A stretch of 64,000 bases of DNA, taken from the NCBI GenBank assembly GCA_963778705.1, contig CAVZVM010000010.1, positions 68,241 through 132,240 of the forward strand, written 5' to 3'. The notes under the pieces are model-generated. The model was given only the letters and a program-made list of their open reading frames with translations, did no database searches and was not told the origin of the DNA. The stretch comes from an uncultured Acidobacteriaceae bacterium (GTDB lineage Bacteria > Acidobacteriota > Terriglobia > Terriglobales > Acidobacteriaceae). Below are positions 32,784 through 44,254 of the stretch, piece by piece. Made by a program: the position numbers and the translations under genes. Within the stretch, counting starts at the first letter, position 1. Each line of letters starts with the position of its first letter.

Positions 32784-34299
32784 TTACGGCTGGGGCGTGA
32801 TCTTCGCCGTAACCGGCTGCATCTCCTGCTGCTCTGTCGGTGGCCTCAACGTATGTGCGGCGGTCTGCGAAGCCCGCAGCACTTCACTCGGCACGATTCC
32901 GAGCAGCAGTGTCGCTGCTGCGGCAAAAAACAATGCGGCGCTCACAGCGATCCCCACGCGCGGAGACTCTGGCGCCGCTTCTCCCTCGGCAGGCCGTTGC
33001 GCACAGGAAAACGCTAGTCGCAGATAGTACGCCGACGCCAGCCCGGAATTCAGCAGGCCGATCACAGCCAGCCAAATGGCACCGCCATCCACCGCTGCAG
33101 AAAATGAATAGAACTTTCCGAAAAATCCGCCGGTGAAGGGAATCCCGACGAGCGATATCAGGAAGAAGAGCAGCAGACTGCCCAACATAGGCGAGCGATA
33201 CAGGAGCCCGCGAAAATCCTTCACAAGCGGCAGCTTCTCGTCGTAGCCGCTGACCACCGTCACCACCGCAAAGATCCCCACGTTCATGGCTGCATAGGCA
33301 GCGATATAGAAGGTCGCCGCCGCGATCCCGGTCGAGCCGAGCCCTGCAAACGCCGCCAGCAGATATCCCGCGTGTGCGATCGAGGAGTACGCCAGCATCC
33401 GCTTCACGTTTTGCTGGCGCAGCGCGGCAAGATTGCCCACCGTCATCGACAGGATCGCCACGATCCATAGCACTGGCTCCCACACAGATTGCAGCGTGGG
33501 GAAGACCTCGTAGACCACACGCAGCAGCAGGGCGAATGCAGCGGCCTTGGGCGCGGTCGACATCAACGCGACAACAGGCGAAGGCGCTCCCTCATAGACG
33601 TCTGGGGTCCACACATGGAACGGCGCAGCCGATACCTTGAACAGGATCCCCACCAGCATCAGACAAAGAGCCGCCAGCTCCAATGGCAGTGCAGGCCCAT
33701 TCGGCGCACTAGCCAGCGTATGCGCAATTTCATACACCTGCGTTGAGCCGGTCGCCCCGAAGATCAGGGCGATTCCGTAGAGCAGAAATCCCGTCGCAAA
33801 CGAACCCAGCAGGAAATACTTGATCGCCGCCTCGGGTCCTTGCCCCGTCTCCTTGCGATATCCAGCCAGAATGTACGTCGAGATCGACGAGATTTCGAGC
33901 GCGATAAACACCACGCAGCAACTCGACAGCGCTCGTCATCAGGCACATGCCAACTGCGCCAAAAACAACCAGCGCATAATACTCGCCCTGGTGATGGCTG
34001 TCCTCGGGTAGTGTGTCGAGTGCCAGCAGCAGAGCCACCAGCACGATTCCGCAAATCAGCACGTGGAAGAAGACAGTGAACGGGCTCGTCTCGACGGTCC
34101 CGTAGAAACCCGTTCCAACGGGCAGCGAGAGCTGCCACAGGCTCGACCAGAGCGCCACTGTGGTGCCCACAGCTGCAACCCATCCCAGCGAGCGCCGCGG
34201 CCATCCCTGCGGCAGCGATGCGTCGATCAGCATCACCAGCACGCCCGTTAGCGTCAGGATGATCTCAGGAAGAATCCGGTACATGTCGCCGGGGTTCAT
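32784..34299 (-). pseudogene. nuoN: NADH-quinone oxidoreductase subunit N, frameshifted
   Basis: ORF 33730..34299 (N-terminal) and ORF 32784..33914 (C-terminal) join as ...[22 protein letters not shown]... near 33912-33918. The shift is +1. ATGA overlap with the nuoM stop. Confidence 0.9.
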
Positions 34300-35816
34300 C
34301 GCTGGCTCCCTTCCGCGGTTCTGGTTGCGAGAGCGACCCCGGGAGTCTGCGCCGACAATCTCACCTGCACCGGCCCGGTCCGACTTTCAATTGCCGTGAT
34401 CCACAGCGACGGCGCGATTCCCATCACCAGCATCAGCACCGCGAACGGCCACAGGATCGCCTGTTCCCCGAAGCGCAAATCGCTTGCCGTGGCTGCCGAA
34501 GCCATCTGGCTCTGCGGCCCGTAGAACAGCCGTTGAACCAGCCACAGCATGTAGGCCGCACTCAAAATCACGCCCACTGTCGCGACCACCGCCCAGCCGT
34601 GGCTCACACCCGCGAAGGTGCTTGACAGGATCAGAAATTCGCCCACGAACCCGTTCAGCATCGGCAGCCCGATCATCGCCAGCGACGAGATCACAAACAG
34701 CGTGGCCAGTTGCGGCAACTTCGCCGCCAGCCCACCATACGAGGCAATCTGGCTCGTCGCATAGCGCAGCTCCAGCGCGCCGAATAAGACAAACAGCGCC
34801 GCGTCAATCATTTCGTTATTGAGGATCTGATAGATCGCCCCATCCCAACCCGTAAACGTCAGCCCATACACACCCAGCACAATCAGGCTCAAATGCCCCA
34901 GCGCCGCAAACGCGAACAGCCGCCAGAAATCCCTCTGCACCAGAGCAAGACATGCCCCATACAGGATTCCCACTCCGGCCAGCGCAATCATCAATGGCGC
35001 GATTGCTTTTGCCTGGGCAGGGAAGAGCCCGACATGGAAGCGCAGCATCGAGTAAAGTCCCAGCTTGCCCGCGACCACCATCGCCATTGCCACAGGAGCT
35101 TCATTGAAGGTGTCCGCCAGCCACCCATGCAGCGGGAACACCGGCACCTTCACCGCGAAGGCAAACAGGAACGCCAGCGCGGCCCAGGACAAACCCGCCA
35201 CAGGCAGCGTACCGGTCGCGATATCTGCCTGCAGATCGGCAAAGTTAAACGTGCCCGTCCTCGCATAAAGCCACAGGATCGCCACCAGCAGCGGCGCCGA
35301 CGGAATAAACGTGAACAGGAAAAACTTCGTCGCCGCCTTTGGCCCATCCTTGCGCCCATACATGGCGATCAAAATCGCCATCGGCACCAGCGACAGCTCC
35401 CAGAACCCGTAGTAGACCATCAGGTCGAGCGATATAAAAACGCCATACATCGCTGTCTGCTGTATCAGAAAAAGCGAGTAGAAGAGCTTCCTCCGCTCCT
35501 TGATCGCATTCCAGCTCGCCACCACCCCGGCAGGAGCCAGCAACCCGACAAGCACCACCAGCCACAGGCTCAGCCCGTCCACACCCACGTGATAGTGGAT
35601 GGGCGGGTTCTCGATCCACAACCTGTCGATCTCAAACTGAAATCCGCTCTGTCCCTGGACGAAATGAGCCGGCAGATGCAGCGTAAAAGCGAAGGTGACC
35701 AGAGACGTCAGCAGAGCCATCCACGCCGAAAGCTTGCCCCGATCCGGCAGCAGCGCCACAACCACGGCACCAGCCAGCGGCGTCAACAGAATCACCGTGA
35801 GAATCGACTCGTTCAT
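34296..35816 (-). CDS. nuoM: NADH-quinone oxidoreductase subunit M
   Basis: 506 aa antiporter-like subunit, positioned between nuoL and nuoN. Confidence 0.92.
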   Translation of the reverse strand: MNESILTVILLTPLAGAVVVALLPDRGKLSAWMALLTSLVTFAFTLHLPAHFVQGQSGFQFEIDRLWIENPPIHYHVGVDGLSLWLVVLVGLLAPAGVVASWNAIKERRKLFYSLFLIQQTAMYGVFISLDLMVYYGFWELSLVPMAILIAMYGRKDGPKAATKFFLFTFIPSAPLLVAILWLYARTGTFNFADLQADIATGTLPVAGLSWAALAFLFAFAVKVPVFPLHGWLADTFNEAPVAMAMVVAGKLGLYSMLRFHVGLFPAQAKAIAPLMIALAGVGILYGACLALVQRDFWRLFAFAALGHLSLIVLGVYGLTFTGWDGAIYQILNNEMIDAALFVLFGALELRYATSQIASYGGLAAKLPQLATLFVISSLAMIGLPMLNGFVGEFLILSSTFAGVSHGWAVVATVGVILSAAYMLWLVQRLFYGPQSQMASAATASDLRFGEQAILWPFAVLMLVMGIAPSLWITAIESRTGPVQVRLSAQTPGVALATRTAEGSQR

Positions 35817-37777
35817 TAGTGCGTCACCATCCCCACGTGAAGTCCGATACTAGCGAACAGCGATGTCCAGGGCAGCAGCACAAACAGCAGCAGCGCCGCT
35901 GCTCCAAACGCCAGCCACGCCGCATACGAACGCAGATTGCCCGATTGCCACCGCTGCAGAATCGCTCCGCCCAGCTGCGCAATGCCCCCGAGCAGCCACA
36001 CCAGCCCACCCAGGATCGCCACATCGACCACCCAGTCGAGGAAGAAGCGTGACAGCGCCAGCAGCGGCTTCACAATGAAGAAACTGTAGATTTCGTCTAC
36101 GTAGTACTTGTGGACTAATAGGTTGTACGGGCCCGAGAAACTCGTCGCCAAGCTCGCCGCTCGCTCTGACCGCTCGCTGTAGAAGCCGGTGCGCAACATA
36201 CCATCCAAGCGCCACCGGCAAGAACAGCAAGCGACGCTCATCCCCCACTCCAGTCCAGCGCTACCCGCTTCCGTGCTGTGGACGCCAATCGCAGGAGCAA
36301 GGAATCGACCGAACGGTCCGAGATTCTCACCAAACCCGATCCATCCCCCGATCACAGAAAGCACCGCCAGTATCGCCAACGGCCCCGTCATCGACGCCGA
36401 GCTCTCGTGCGGATGCACCTCGTGATTCCGCAGTTCGCCAAAGAACGTCAGATACCAGAGGCGGAACATGTAGAACGCGGTCAGTGCAGCCGTCACCCAT
36501 CCAACCGAACCACAGCACCTTGCCCAGCCCACCGGAGAGAAATGCCGCATACAGGATCGCGTCCTTGGAGAAGAACGCCGAGAAGAACGGAAAACCTGAG
36601 ATCGCCAGCACCGCCGCTGTCATCGTCCAGAACGTCACCGGCATCTTCTTGCGCAACCCGCCCATCTTGCGCATGTCCTGCTCACCGCCCATACCGTGAA
36701 TCACCGAGCCAGCCGCGAGGAACAAGAGCGCCTTGAAGAACGCGTGCGTCATCAGGTGAAAGATTGCCGCCGAGTACGCCGCGACACCGCACCCCAGAAA
36801 CATGTAGCCGAGCTGCGACACGGTCGAATAGGCCAGCACGCGCTTGATGTCCGTCTGCACCAAGCCGATCGTCGCCGCAAACAGAGCCGTCGCTGCGCCC
36901 ACGATGGCCACCACGCTCAACGCCAGCGGCGACCGGTCGAAACAGGAAATGGGTCCGCGCGACCATATAGACGCCGGCTGTCACCATCGTCGCCGCGTGA
37001 ATCAGTGCAGAGACTGGCGTCGGGCCTTCCATCGCGTCCGGCAGCCACACATACAGCGGCAGTTGGGCGCTCTTGCCCACCGCGCCCACAAACAGGCATA
37101 GAGCCGTAGCTGTCAGCACACCGCCCGTCCAAGCCGGATCCTCGCTCAACTTCGTTGCGATCTCCGTGAACGTCAGCGTGCCAAAGTTCGCCAGCAGCAG
37201 GAACATCCCAATCAGGAATCCGAAGTCGCCGATGCGGTTGACCACGAACGCCTTCTTGCCCGCATCCACGGCCGACGTCTTCTGGAACCAGAACCCGATC
37301 AGCAGATACGATGCCAGGCCCACGCCCTCCCAGCCCACAAACATCATCAGGGCATTGCCGGCCAGCACCAGCACCGTCATGAAGAACAGGAACAGGTTCA
37401 GATACGCGAAATAGCGCCAGTATCCATCCTCGTGCGCCATGTACCCGACTGAGTACACGTGAATCAGGAAGCCCACCCCCGTGATGATCAGCAACATCAC
37501 CAGCGAAAGCGGATCGAGCACGCAGCCGAAATCCACATGCAGAGTGCCAGCCGAGATCCACACCGGTGCACCCTTCTCGATCGCCGGCATCGCCACCGCG
37601 CCGGTCCACACGAGAAAGGCATCGTGCACCACGATCAGGAAAGATGCCGCGGGCGCGGCCAGGGCAATCGTCGAAACCAAGGCCTTTGGCAGCTTCCGCC
37701 CCAACGTCCCATTCAACAGGAAGCCGAGAAACGGCAGGAGCGCGAATCAAAGGCAAAAACAGCAAAGGCTCGCTCAT
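35816..37777 (-). pseudogene. nuoL: NADH-quinone oxidoreductase subunit L, three +1 frameshifts
   Basis: Four fragments cover the gene: 37777 start ([11 protein letters not shown]), ORF 36682..37716, ORF 36327..36920 and ORF 35816..36550. Joins lie near 37745, 36939 and 36500. The start overlaps the nuoK stop (ATGA). Confidence 0.9.
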
Positions 37778-38094
37778 AGTTTCATCAAATCGATACGGTC
37801 AACGGCCAGCGTCGCGCGGGCGCGGAACACGGCAATGATGATCGCCAGACCCACCGCAGCTTCGGCCGCGGCCACCATCATCACAAAGAAGACAAAGATC
37901 TGTCCCTTCACCGCATGCCACTGATGCGCGAAGGTCACAAAAGATAGGTTCACTGCATTCAGCATCAGCTCAATCGACATGAAAACCGTGATCAAATTGC
38001 GCTTGATCAGGAACCCCACCACCCCTAACGCAAACAGCATCGCGCTCAACAGGAGATACCAGCTCAACGGAACATTCTGTTGCAGCAGGTTCAT
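37774..38094 (-). CDS. nuoK: NADH-quinone oxidoreductase subunit K
   Basis: 106 aa, 3 TM, with the conserved ...[11 protein letters not shown]... motif. Confidence 0.93.
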   Translation of the reverse strand: MNLLQQNVPLSWYLLLSAMLFALGVVGFLIKRNLITVFMSIELMLNAVNLSFVTFAHQWHAVKGQIFVFFVMMVAAAEAAVGLAIIIAVFRARATLAVDRIDLMKL

Positions 38095-38621
38095 TTTCCC
38101 GCCGACCTTTCTCCGTCGCCATGCCGCGCCAGCGCCACCGCCCCCAGAATCGCAATCAGAATCAGCACCGAGGTGACTTCAAAAGGCAGCAGCAGGTTCG
38201 TGAACAGCACCGTGCTCAGCTGATCGAGGTTCGTCTTCCCTGGCTGGCTCGAAAGATCGTCGCCAAAGGCCGCGCCGCCTAGGCTCGGCGTATGCAGCAC
38301 AACCGTCGCGGCCACGGCGAGCAGCGCCACGACCGCAGGGAATCCGACGATTGCCGCTGCCTTGCTGCCCAGCGTACGTTCCTCGCGGCCCGCGTTCAAC
38401 AGCATCACCACAAAGGTGAACAGCACCATGATCGCGCCGGCATAAACAATCACTTGCGCTGCTGCCAGGAACTCGGCGCCCAGCAGGAGATAGAGCACCG
38501 CCAGCGACGTCATCACCACAATCAGCGACAGCGCGCTGTTGATCGGGTGCGTCTGCAGCAACAAATTGATCGCCCCGCCGAGGCAGAATGCAGCGAAAAT
38601 GAGAAACAGAATCAGGTGCAT
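38091..38621 (-). CDS. nuoJ: NADH-quinone oxidoreductase subunit J
   Basis: Start set at [12 protein letters not shown]. 176 aa with TM pattern and operon position consistent with NuoJ. Confidence 0.88.
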   Translation of the reverse strand: MHLILFLIFAAFCLGGAINLLLQTHPINSALSLIVVMTSLAVLYLLLGAEFLAAAQVIVYAGAIMVLFTFVVMLLNAGREERTLGSKAAAIVGFPAVVALLAVAATVVLHTPSLGGAAFGDDLSSQPGKTNLDQLSTVLFTNLLLPFEVTSVLILIAILGAVALARHGDGERSAGK

Positions 38622-38628
38622 CGTTCGT

Positions 38629-39678
38629 TCACTTATACGCGAGCCACAGACTCGTGGCCACAATGTTCAGGATGGCCAGCGGCATCAAATAACACCATCC
38701 AAAATTCATCAGCTGGTCATAACGAAAACGCGGCAGGGTTCCGCGCACCCACACATAGAGAAACAGAAACGAGAAAACCTTCAATACGAACCAGAAGATC
38801 GGGACGAGCGCCTGCAACACAATGTTCTGTGGCAGCGGAATCAGGTCGCCGAACGGGCTCGTCCATCCGCCCAGAAACAGCAGCGTCGCCACACAGCCCA
38901 CTGTGATCATGTTCGCGTACTCGGCCATAAAAAACATCGCGAACTTCATCGAGCTGTACTCGGTGTGATAGCCCGCCGTCAGCTCGCTCTCCGCCTCAGG
39001 CAAATCGAAGGGAGAACGATTCGTCTCCGCATACGCCGCCATCAAATAAATGAAGAACGCGACAAACTGAAACCCGCCAAAGAGATTCCACGACAGTAGC
39101 CCGTGCTTCCCCTGGTTCTCGACAATCTCGCGCAGATTCAGTGAGCCGGCGCGCAGCACCACCCCCACCAGCGACAACCCCAGCGCCAGTTCATAGCTGA
39201 TCAGCTGCGCCGAAGACCGCAACGACCCCAGCAGTGAATACTTGTTGTTCGACGACCAACCGGAGAGTGCGATCCCGTACACGCCAATAGATGTGATCCC
39301 CAGGATCACCAGTAGCCCGATATTCACATCGGAGATCTCGAAGAAGTGAAATCCGCCCGGTCCTGTCACCGTGGGCGATCCGAACGGCACAACGGCAATC
39401 GAGATCAGTGCGCAGGCCAGCGCAATCACCGGAGAGATGAGATACAGCGGGCGATAGACCGCCGTCGGAATCAGGTCTTCCTTCAGGAAAAGCTTGGCGC
39501 CATCCACCAGCGGTTGCAGCAGCCCGAACGGACCCACGCGGCTCGGTCCCCATCGATTCTGGATTCGCCCTACCAGCTTGCGCTCCAGCAGCACCGTGTA
39601 GGCCACGCTCATCAGCATCACCACCGTGACCACGATGACCTTCAGCAAGCTCCAGATGAAAAACTGCAGAATCGTCAC
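38629..39678 (-). CDS. nuoH: NADH-quinone oxidoreductase subunit H
   Basis: 349 aa. LLERKLVGRIQNRWGPSRVGPFGLLQP is the NuoH signature. Confidence 0.95.
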   Translation of the reverse strand: MTILQFFIWSLLKVIVVTVVMLMSVAYTVLLERKLVGRIQNRWGPSRVGPFGLLQPLVDGAKLFLKEDLIPTAVYRPLYLISPVIALACALISIAVVPFGSPTVTGPGGFHFFEISDVNIGLLVILGITSIGVYGIALSGWSSNNKYSLLGSLRSSAQLISYELALGLSLVGVVLRAGSLNLREIVENQGKHGLLSWNLFGGFQFVAFFIYLMAAYAETNRSPFDLPEAESELTAGYHTEYSSMKFAMFFMAEYANMITVGCVATLLFLGGWTSPFGDLIPLPQNIVLQALVPIFWFVLKVFSFLFLYVWVRGTLPRFRYDQLMNFGWCYLMPLAILNIVATSLWLAYK

Positions 39679-39710
39679 AGCCCATCAGCCTTTCGTACGC
39701 TGTTCCTCAA

Positions 39711-42021
39711 TCAATCTGCCGCCGCGCCAGCAGGTGCGGCATTCTGGTGCCGCTCCAATTCGAGCAACGCCGGGCTATACCGTCCCAGTGTTCCCGATGT
39801 GAACAATCCATCATGCGCGGGCACAATCGTTCTGGTTCCGGTCAGAGCCGTCACCGGCACAAACCCCGGCTCCGTTGGCACGTCATTGCCGCCCAGCAGA
39901 TTCAGCCGATCCAGCTTATAGCTCGGGACCAGTCGCTCAATCTCGTCCAGCACCGCCAACGGATCGAACGGGCTCAGCTTCGGTTCGAGATCGTTCGCTG
40001 CCAGCCACACCGCATGACGATCGGCCTCGCCTGCCTGCGCACCGCGCGACTGCCCGAGATCGGCCGTCAGGCCCTTTCCGAACGGCACCAGCTTTTTGAT
40101 GTCCACGCCCATGGAGTCCGCCAGCCGCACCAGGATCTCGAAGTCGGGCTTTACCCCAGCACGGTCTGCAGCCTTCCTTGCCATCTGCAGATCGCCGAAT
40201 GTGTTCGTCACCGTCCCCGTCTTCTCATACAGGCTCGCCGCTGGAAAAACCACATCTGCGAGCGCCGCTGTTTCCGTCAGGAAAAGATCCTGCACCACCA
40301 CAAATGTGCCCTTAAGGGCCTTCGGATCGACACCCGCCAAAGGATTCGCACCCACGATAAGCAGCGCACCCAGCCCGCCAGCCAGCATCTCTTGCTTCGT
40401 TTTGCCCGGTGCTGTCGGCATGCCCGCATACTCGGCTGCAAACGCCCCCGGATTTTTCACTGGCACGTAGCCCGGCAGCAGATCCGGAAACAGTCCCATG
40501 TCCGCCGCTCCGCGCGAATTCGCATGGTCGCCCAGATACGCAAACTTCACGCCTGCGCGTCCGAATCCCCATCTCACCAGCGCGTCGAGATCGGAACCCG
40601 CGAACTCCGATCCGAAGATCACAACCAGCGATTCCTCGGCGAGCACAGCATCTCGAAATGCTGAATCGGTAATCGTGGCGTTGTCGCCTGCCAGATATCC
40701 AGCCAGTTTCGCGTATCCGCTTTCCGGCACGCGCAGCGTTGCCTTGGCCTGCCGCTCCAACTTGATGTGTTTGGTGTTCGCAACATAGAGCCGGGCCTTG
40801 TTCAGGCGAACGTTGGTGCGAATCTCCCACGCCAGCAATGGATGCTCGTCAGTCGGATTGCCGCCCATCAGCAGAATCGCCGGCGCCTGCGATACATCGT
40901 GCAGACTCGCTGCACCATGCCCATGTCCCGCCAGTGCAACCGCAAATGCTGGATAGTCCGCCGTCCGCTCGTGGTCGATATTGTTGGTGCGCAACACGGT
41001 CCGCGCAAATTTCTGAAGAAGATAATTCTCTTCGTTGGTGGTTGTGTTCGACCCGATCACGCCGATCGCAGTCCCGCTCTTGGTTTCACGAATCTCTTTC
41101 AGCTTCTTGCCGGCAACGCGCAGCGCATGTTCCCAGGTCGCGGGCTCCAGCTTGCCCTGGGTATTGCGCACCAGCGGCTTGGTCAACCGGTCCGTACTCT
41201 CCACAAAGTCGAACCCGAATCGCCCCTTGGCGCAGAGAAAATCGTTGTTGATGCCGCTCTTGTCCCGGTTGTCGGCGCGAATGATCGCCGGCGCCATCAT
41301 CGGCCTGCCGCACGCCCAGCGTCACCTTGCATCCGTCGCCACAGTGCGTACACACCGTCGCAACGTGCTTCATCTCCCATGGCCGCGTCTTATATCTGTA
41401 ACTCCCGCTGGTCAATGCACCCACCGGGCACACGTCGATGCACATGCCGCATTGCTCGCAGTCCAGATGGTCACCGCCATTCGGCGCAATGACCGAGCGC
41501 GCACCGCGGTTCTCCACTCCCAACGCCCAGACATCCATGCCCTCGCCGCACATGCGGACACATCGATAGCACAAAATGCAGCGTGGCCGGTCATAGAACA
41601 CCGCGGGCGACCACTGCTGTTCCTCGCGGTGCTGCTTGGCCTCGGCGTAGAGGCTCTCGCCCGCGCCGTACTTGAAGGTCATGTCCTGCAGTTCGCACTC
41701 GCCGCCCGCATCGCACACCGGGCAGTCCAGCGGATGATTCCCCAGCAGCAGCTCGATGGTTGCTTTGCGCGCCTGCGCAATCTCGGCCGACTCGGTGATG
41801 AACACCTGGCCCTCGGCCACCGTCGTTGTGCACGCCGTCTGCAGCTTCGGCACCTTCTCCTGCCGCACCACGCACATGCGGCACGCCGCCTGCAGGCTCA
41901 GCCCGGGGTAGTAGCAGAAGGCAGGAATCTCAATGCCCGCCTTGCGGCACGCTTCAATCAGCAGCGTTCCGGCCGGAGCCGTCAGCTTCTTTCCATCGAC
42001 TGTGAACGTTACATCCGCCAT
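39711..42021 (-). pseudogene. nuoG: NADH-quinone oxidoreductase subunit G, frameshifted
   Basis: ORF 41086..42021 holds the 2Fe-2S and 4Fe-4S Cys clusters. ORF 39711..41300 holds the molybdopterin-like domain. The join lies near 41308 (...CKVTLGVR-RPMMAPAIIRADNRD...) and is +1. Confidence 0.9.
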
Positions 42022-42060
42022 TCGTCTCTTAGTCTCTCATCTGCTGCTGGCGTGCTGTTG

Positions 42061-43378
42061 CTAGGCGACTGTCAACTCCGGCGCCCCATGCTTCGCATAC
42101 GGGCACGGCTTGCCGTCCAAATGCTCCTCAAACTCTTTGCGGAACTTCTTCACAAATCCCAACGTCGGCATCGCCGCCGCATCGCCCAGCGGGCAGAACG
42201 TCCGGCCCATCATGTTATCGGCGATGTATTGAATGTTGTCGATATCCTTGGCCACCCCGAAGCCCGCGTGGAATCGCGTCAGCGACTTCTTCAGCCAGTC
42301 CGTTCCTTCGCGGCAGGGAATGCACCACCCGCAGCTCTCATGCTGATAGAAGCTGATCGTGCGCAGCGCAAACTCCACAATGCACGTCTGGTCGTCGATC
42401 ACCACCACGCCGCCCGACCCCAGCATCGATCCCGCTTTGCCCACCTGGTCGAAGTCCATGCCCAGATTCTCAATCTCTTCGGGCAACAGCACCGGCGTCG
42501 ACGATCCGCCGGGCACGACAGCTTTCAACTTCCGCCCGCCGCGCACGCCTCCGCCGACTTCATAAATCATCTTCTTCAGGTTGTAGCCCATCGGCAGTTC
42601 GTACACGCCTGGCCGCTCCACGTGCCCGCTCAACCCGAACAACCGCGTCCCGCCATTCCGTGGCGTACCCACAGCCGCAAACGCCTCGCCGCCCATCGTA
42701 ATCACGTGCGGCACCGTCGCAATCGTCTCGGCGTTGTTGATCACCGTCGGTCCGCCATACAGACCCACAACGGCAGGGAACGGGAGGCTTGATGCGCGGG
42801 ACACCCCGCTTGCCTTCCAGCGACTCCATCAGCGCCGACTCTTCACCCACCTCGTAAGCGCCCGCGCCGGTCTGCGTAATGACCTGAAACTCCGTATCCG
42901 ATCCGAAGATATTCTTGCCCAAAAAACCCTTCGCGTACGCATCGGCAACCGCCTTCTCCATGATCTCGAGAAGGTAGCGATACTCGCCGCGCAGATAGAT
43001 AAATCCGAGCTTCGATCCGATCGCCAGACCGGCAATGATCGTTCCCTCGATCACCGCATGAGGATCGTGCAGAAAGATCAGGTGGTCCTTGCAGGTGCCG
43101 GGCTCGCTCTCGTCGCCGTTGACCAGGACATACTTCGGTTTCGGGCTCTGCTTCGGCACAAACGACCACTTCATCCCCGTCGGAAAGCCTGCGCCACCGC
43201 GCCCCCGCAGGTTCGAGGCCTTCATCTCGTTGATGATCCACTCGGGCCCCTGCGCCAGGCACTTCTTCGCCGCCTCGTAGCCGCCCAGTTCGACATATTT
43301 GTCGATATTCGCCGCGCCCTGCCCAAAGCGCCGCGTCACAATCTTCACTTCATCGGGATGCGAAACCAGCCTAGGCAT
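42061..43378 (-). pseudogene. nuoF: NADH-quinone oxidoreductase subunit F, frameshifted
   Basis: Start set at MPRLVSHPDE. N-terminal part has GRGGAGFPTG and the C-terminal part has ESCGWCIPCREG. Skipping one G near 42780 joins ...RIKPP-FPAVVGLYGGP.... Confidence 0.9.
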
Positions 43379-43886
43379 TCTTTTCCTTGTTCTGGACCTG
43401 GGTCCGGTACCGAGCGAGAACTTCCGGCACACCCTCGGGTGTCAGCTCATCGTGAAATTCGTAGTTCACCTGGATTGCCGGCGCCCAGCAACAGGCCCCG
43501 ATGCACTCCACCTCTTCAAGAGAAAACACGCCATCCTTCGTGATGCCCTTATGCCCGATGCCGAGTTCATCTTGGAACTTCTCGAACACGTCGTACCCGC
43601 CGCGCAGCATGCAGCTGATATTCGTGCACACCTGCACGTTATACTTGCCCACCGGCTTGAAGCGCAGCATGGAGTAATACGACGCCACATTGCGTACATC
43701 GAGCTGCGTAACCCCGATTCGCTCCGCAATCTCCGCGATCACCGCGTCCGACAGATACCCCACCTCATCCTGCGCATAGAGCAGCATGGGAACCAGCGCC
43801 GACCGCTTCACCGGATACTTCGCCGCCAGCACGTCGAAACGCTTGGCGAGTTGCGGCGAGAAGACCGACATGGTTTCGCTCGTCAT
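43371..43886 (-). CDS. nuoE: NADH-quinone oxidoreductase subunit E
   Basis: Contains the 2Fe-2S thioredoxin-like Cys pattern (C..ISC...C.GAC). Start chosen at MTSETMSVF, which makes an ATGA overlap with the upstream ORF. Confidence 0.88.
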   Translation of the reverse strand: MTSETMSVFSPQLAKRFDVLAAKYPVKRSALVPMLLYAQDEVGYLSDAVIAEIAERIGVTQLDVRNVASYYSMLRFKPVGKYNVQVCTNISCMLRGGYDVFEKFQDELGIGHKGITKDGVFSLEEVECIGACCWAPAIQVNYEFHDELTPEGVPEVLARYRTQVQNKEKNA

Positions 43887-44254
43887 TGCATCAACTCCCG
43901 CGCCCACGCTTCAGCCGCCATATCCATCTCTTCCTCCTCTGGGTGCCCCAAGTTGAAAGCCGGGTGCCCCAGGTCCCTCGCATTCGGGGACCTGGGATCG
44001 ATCTTCGGTCTCAACCGTCCGGCCTCCGTCAACTCCAGCACTCCGCTTCGTCCATCCTCGCGCTGCCAGGCCACCGTCGCTCCATCACGCTTCAGATCCA
44101 ACCACCGGTCCCCGTACCGCACCGTGATCCGCTCTTCGCCTAGCTCAACCGTAGCCTGCCGATCCCCATTCAACCCGTGTGCCGCCGTATAACTGCGCAG
44201 CAGCGAAGCCAACGAAACCCAAAGCTCCGCATATAATTGCGCGGCAGTTGGCAC
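43883..44254 (-). CDS. hypothetical 123-aa protein embedded between nuoD and nuoE
   Basis: The GTG start overlaps the nuoD TAG stop by 1 nt (TAGTG) and the stop overlaps the nuoE start (ATGA). The C-terminal third is encoded by a copy of a hairpin repeat (...PRSPNARDLGHPAFNLGHP...). Confidence 0.45.
   Translation of the reverse strand: MPTAAQLYAELWVSLASLLRSYTAAHGLNGDRQATVELGEERITVRYGDRWLDLKRDGATVAWQREDGRSGVLELTEAGRLRPKIDPRSPNARDLGHPAFNLGHPEEEEMDMAAEAWARELMQ

Noticed and set aside
41035-42792. 585-aa plus-strand ORF, the longest unannotated ORF in the window
   Set aside because: It lies antisense to nuoG and nuoF, and its translation is Arg/Ala/His-rich with no motifs. This is the typical shadow ORF of high-GC DNA opposite a real gene.
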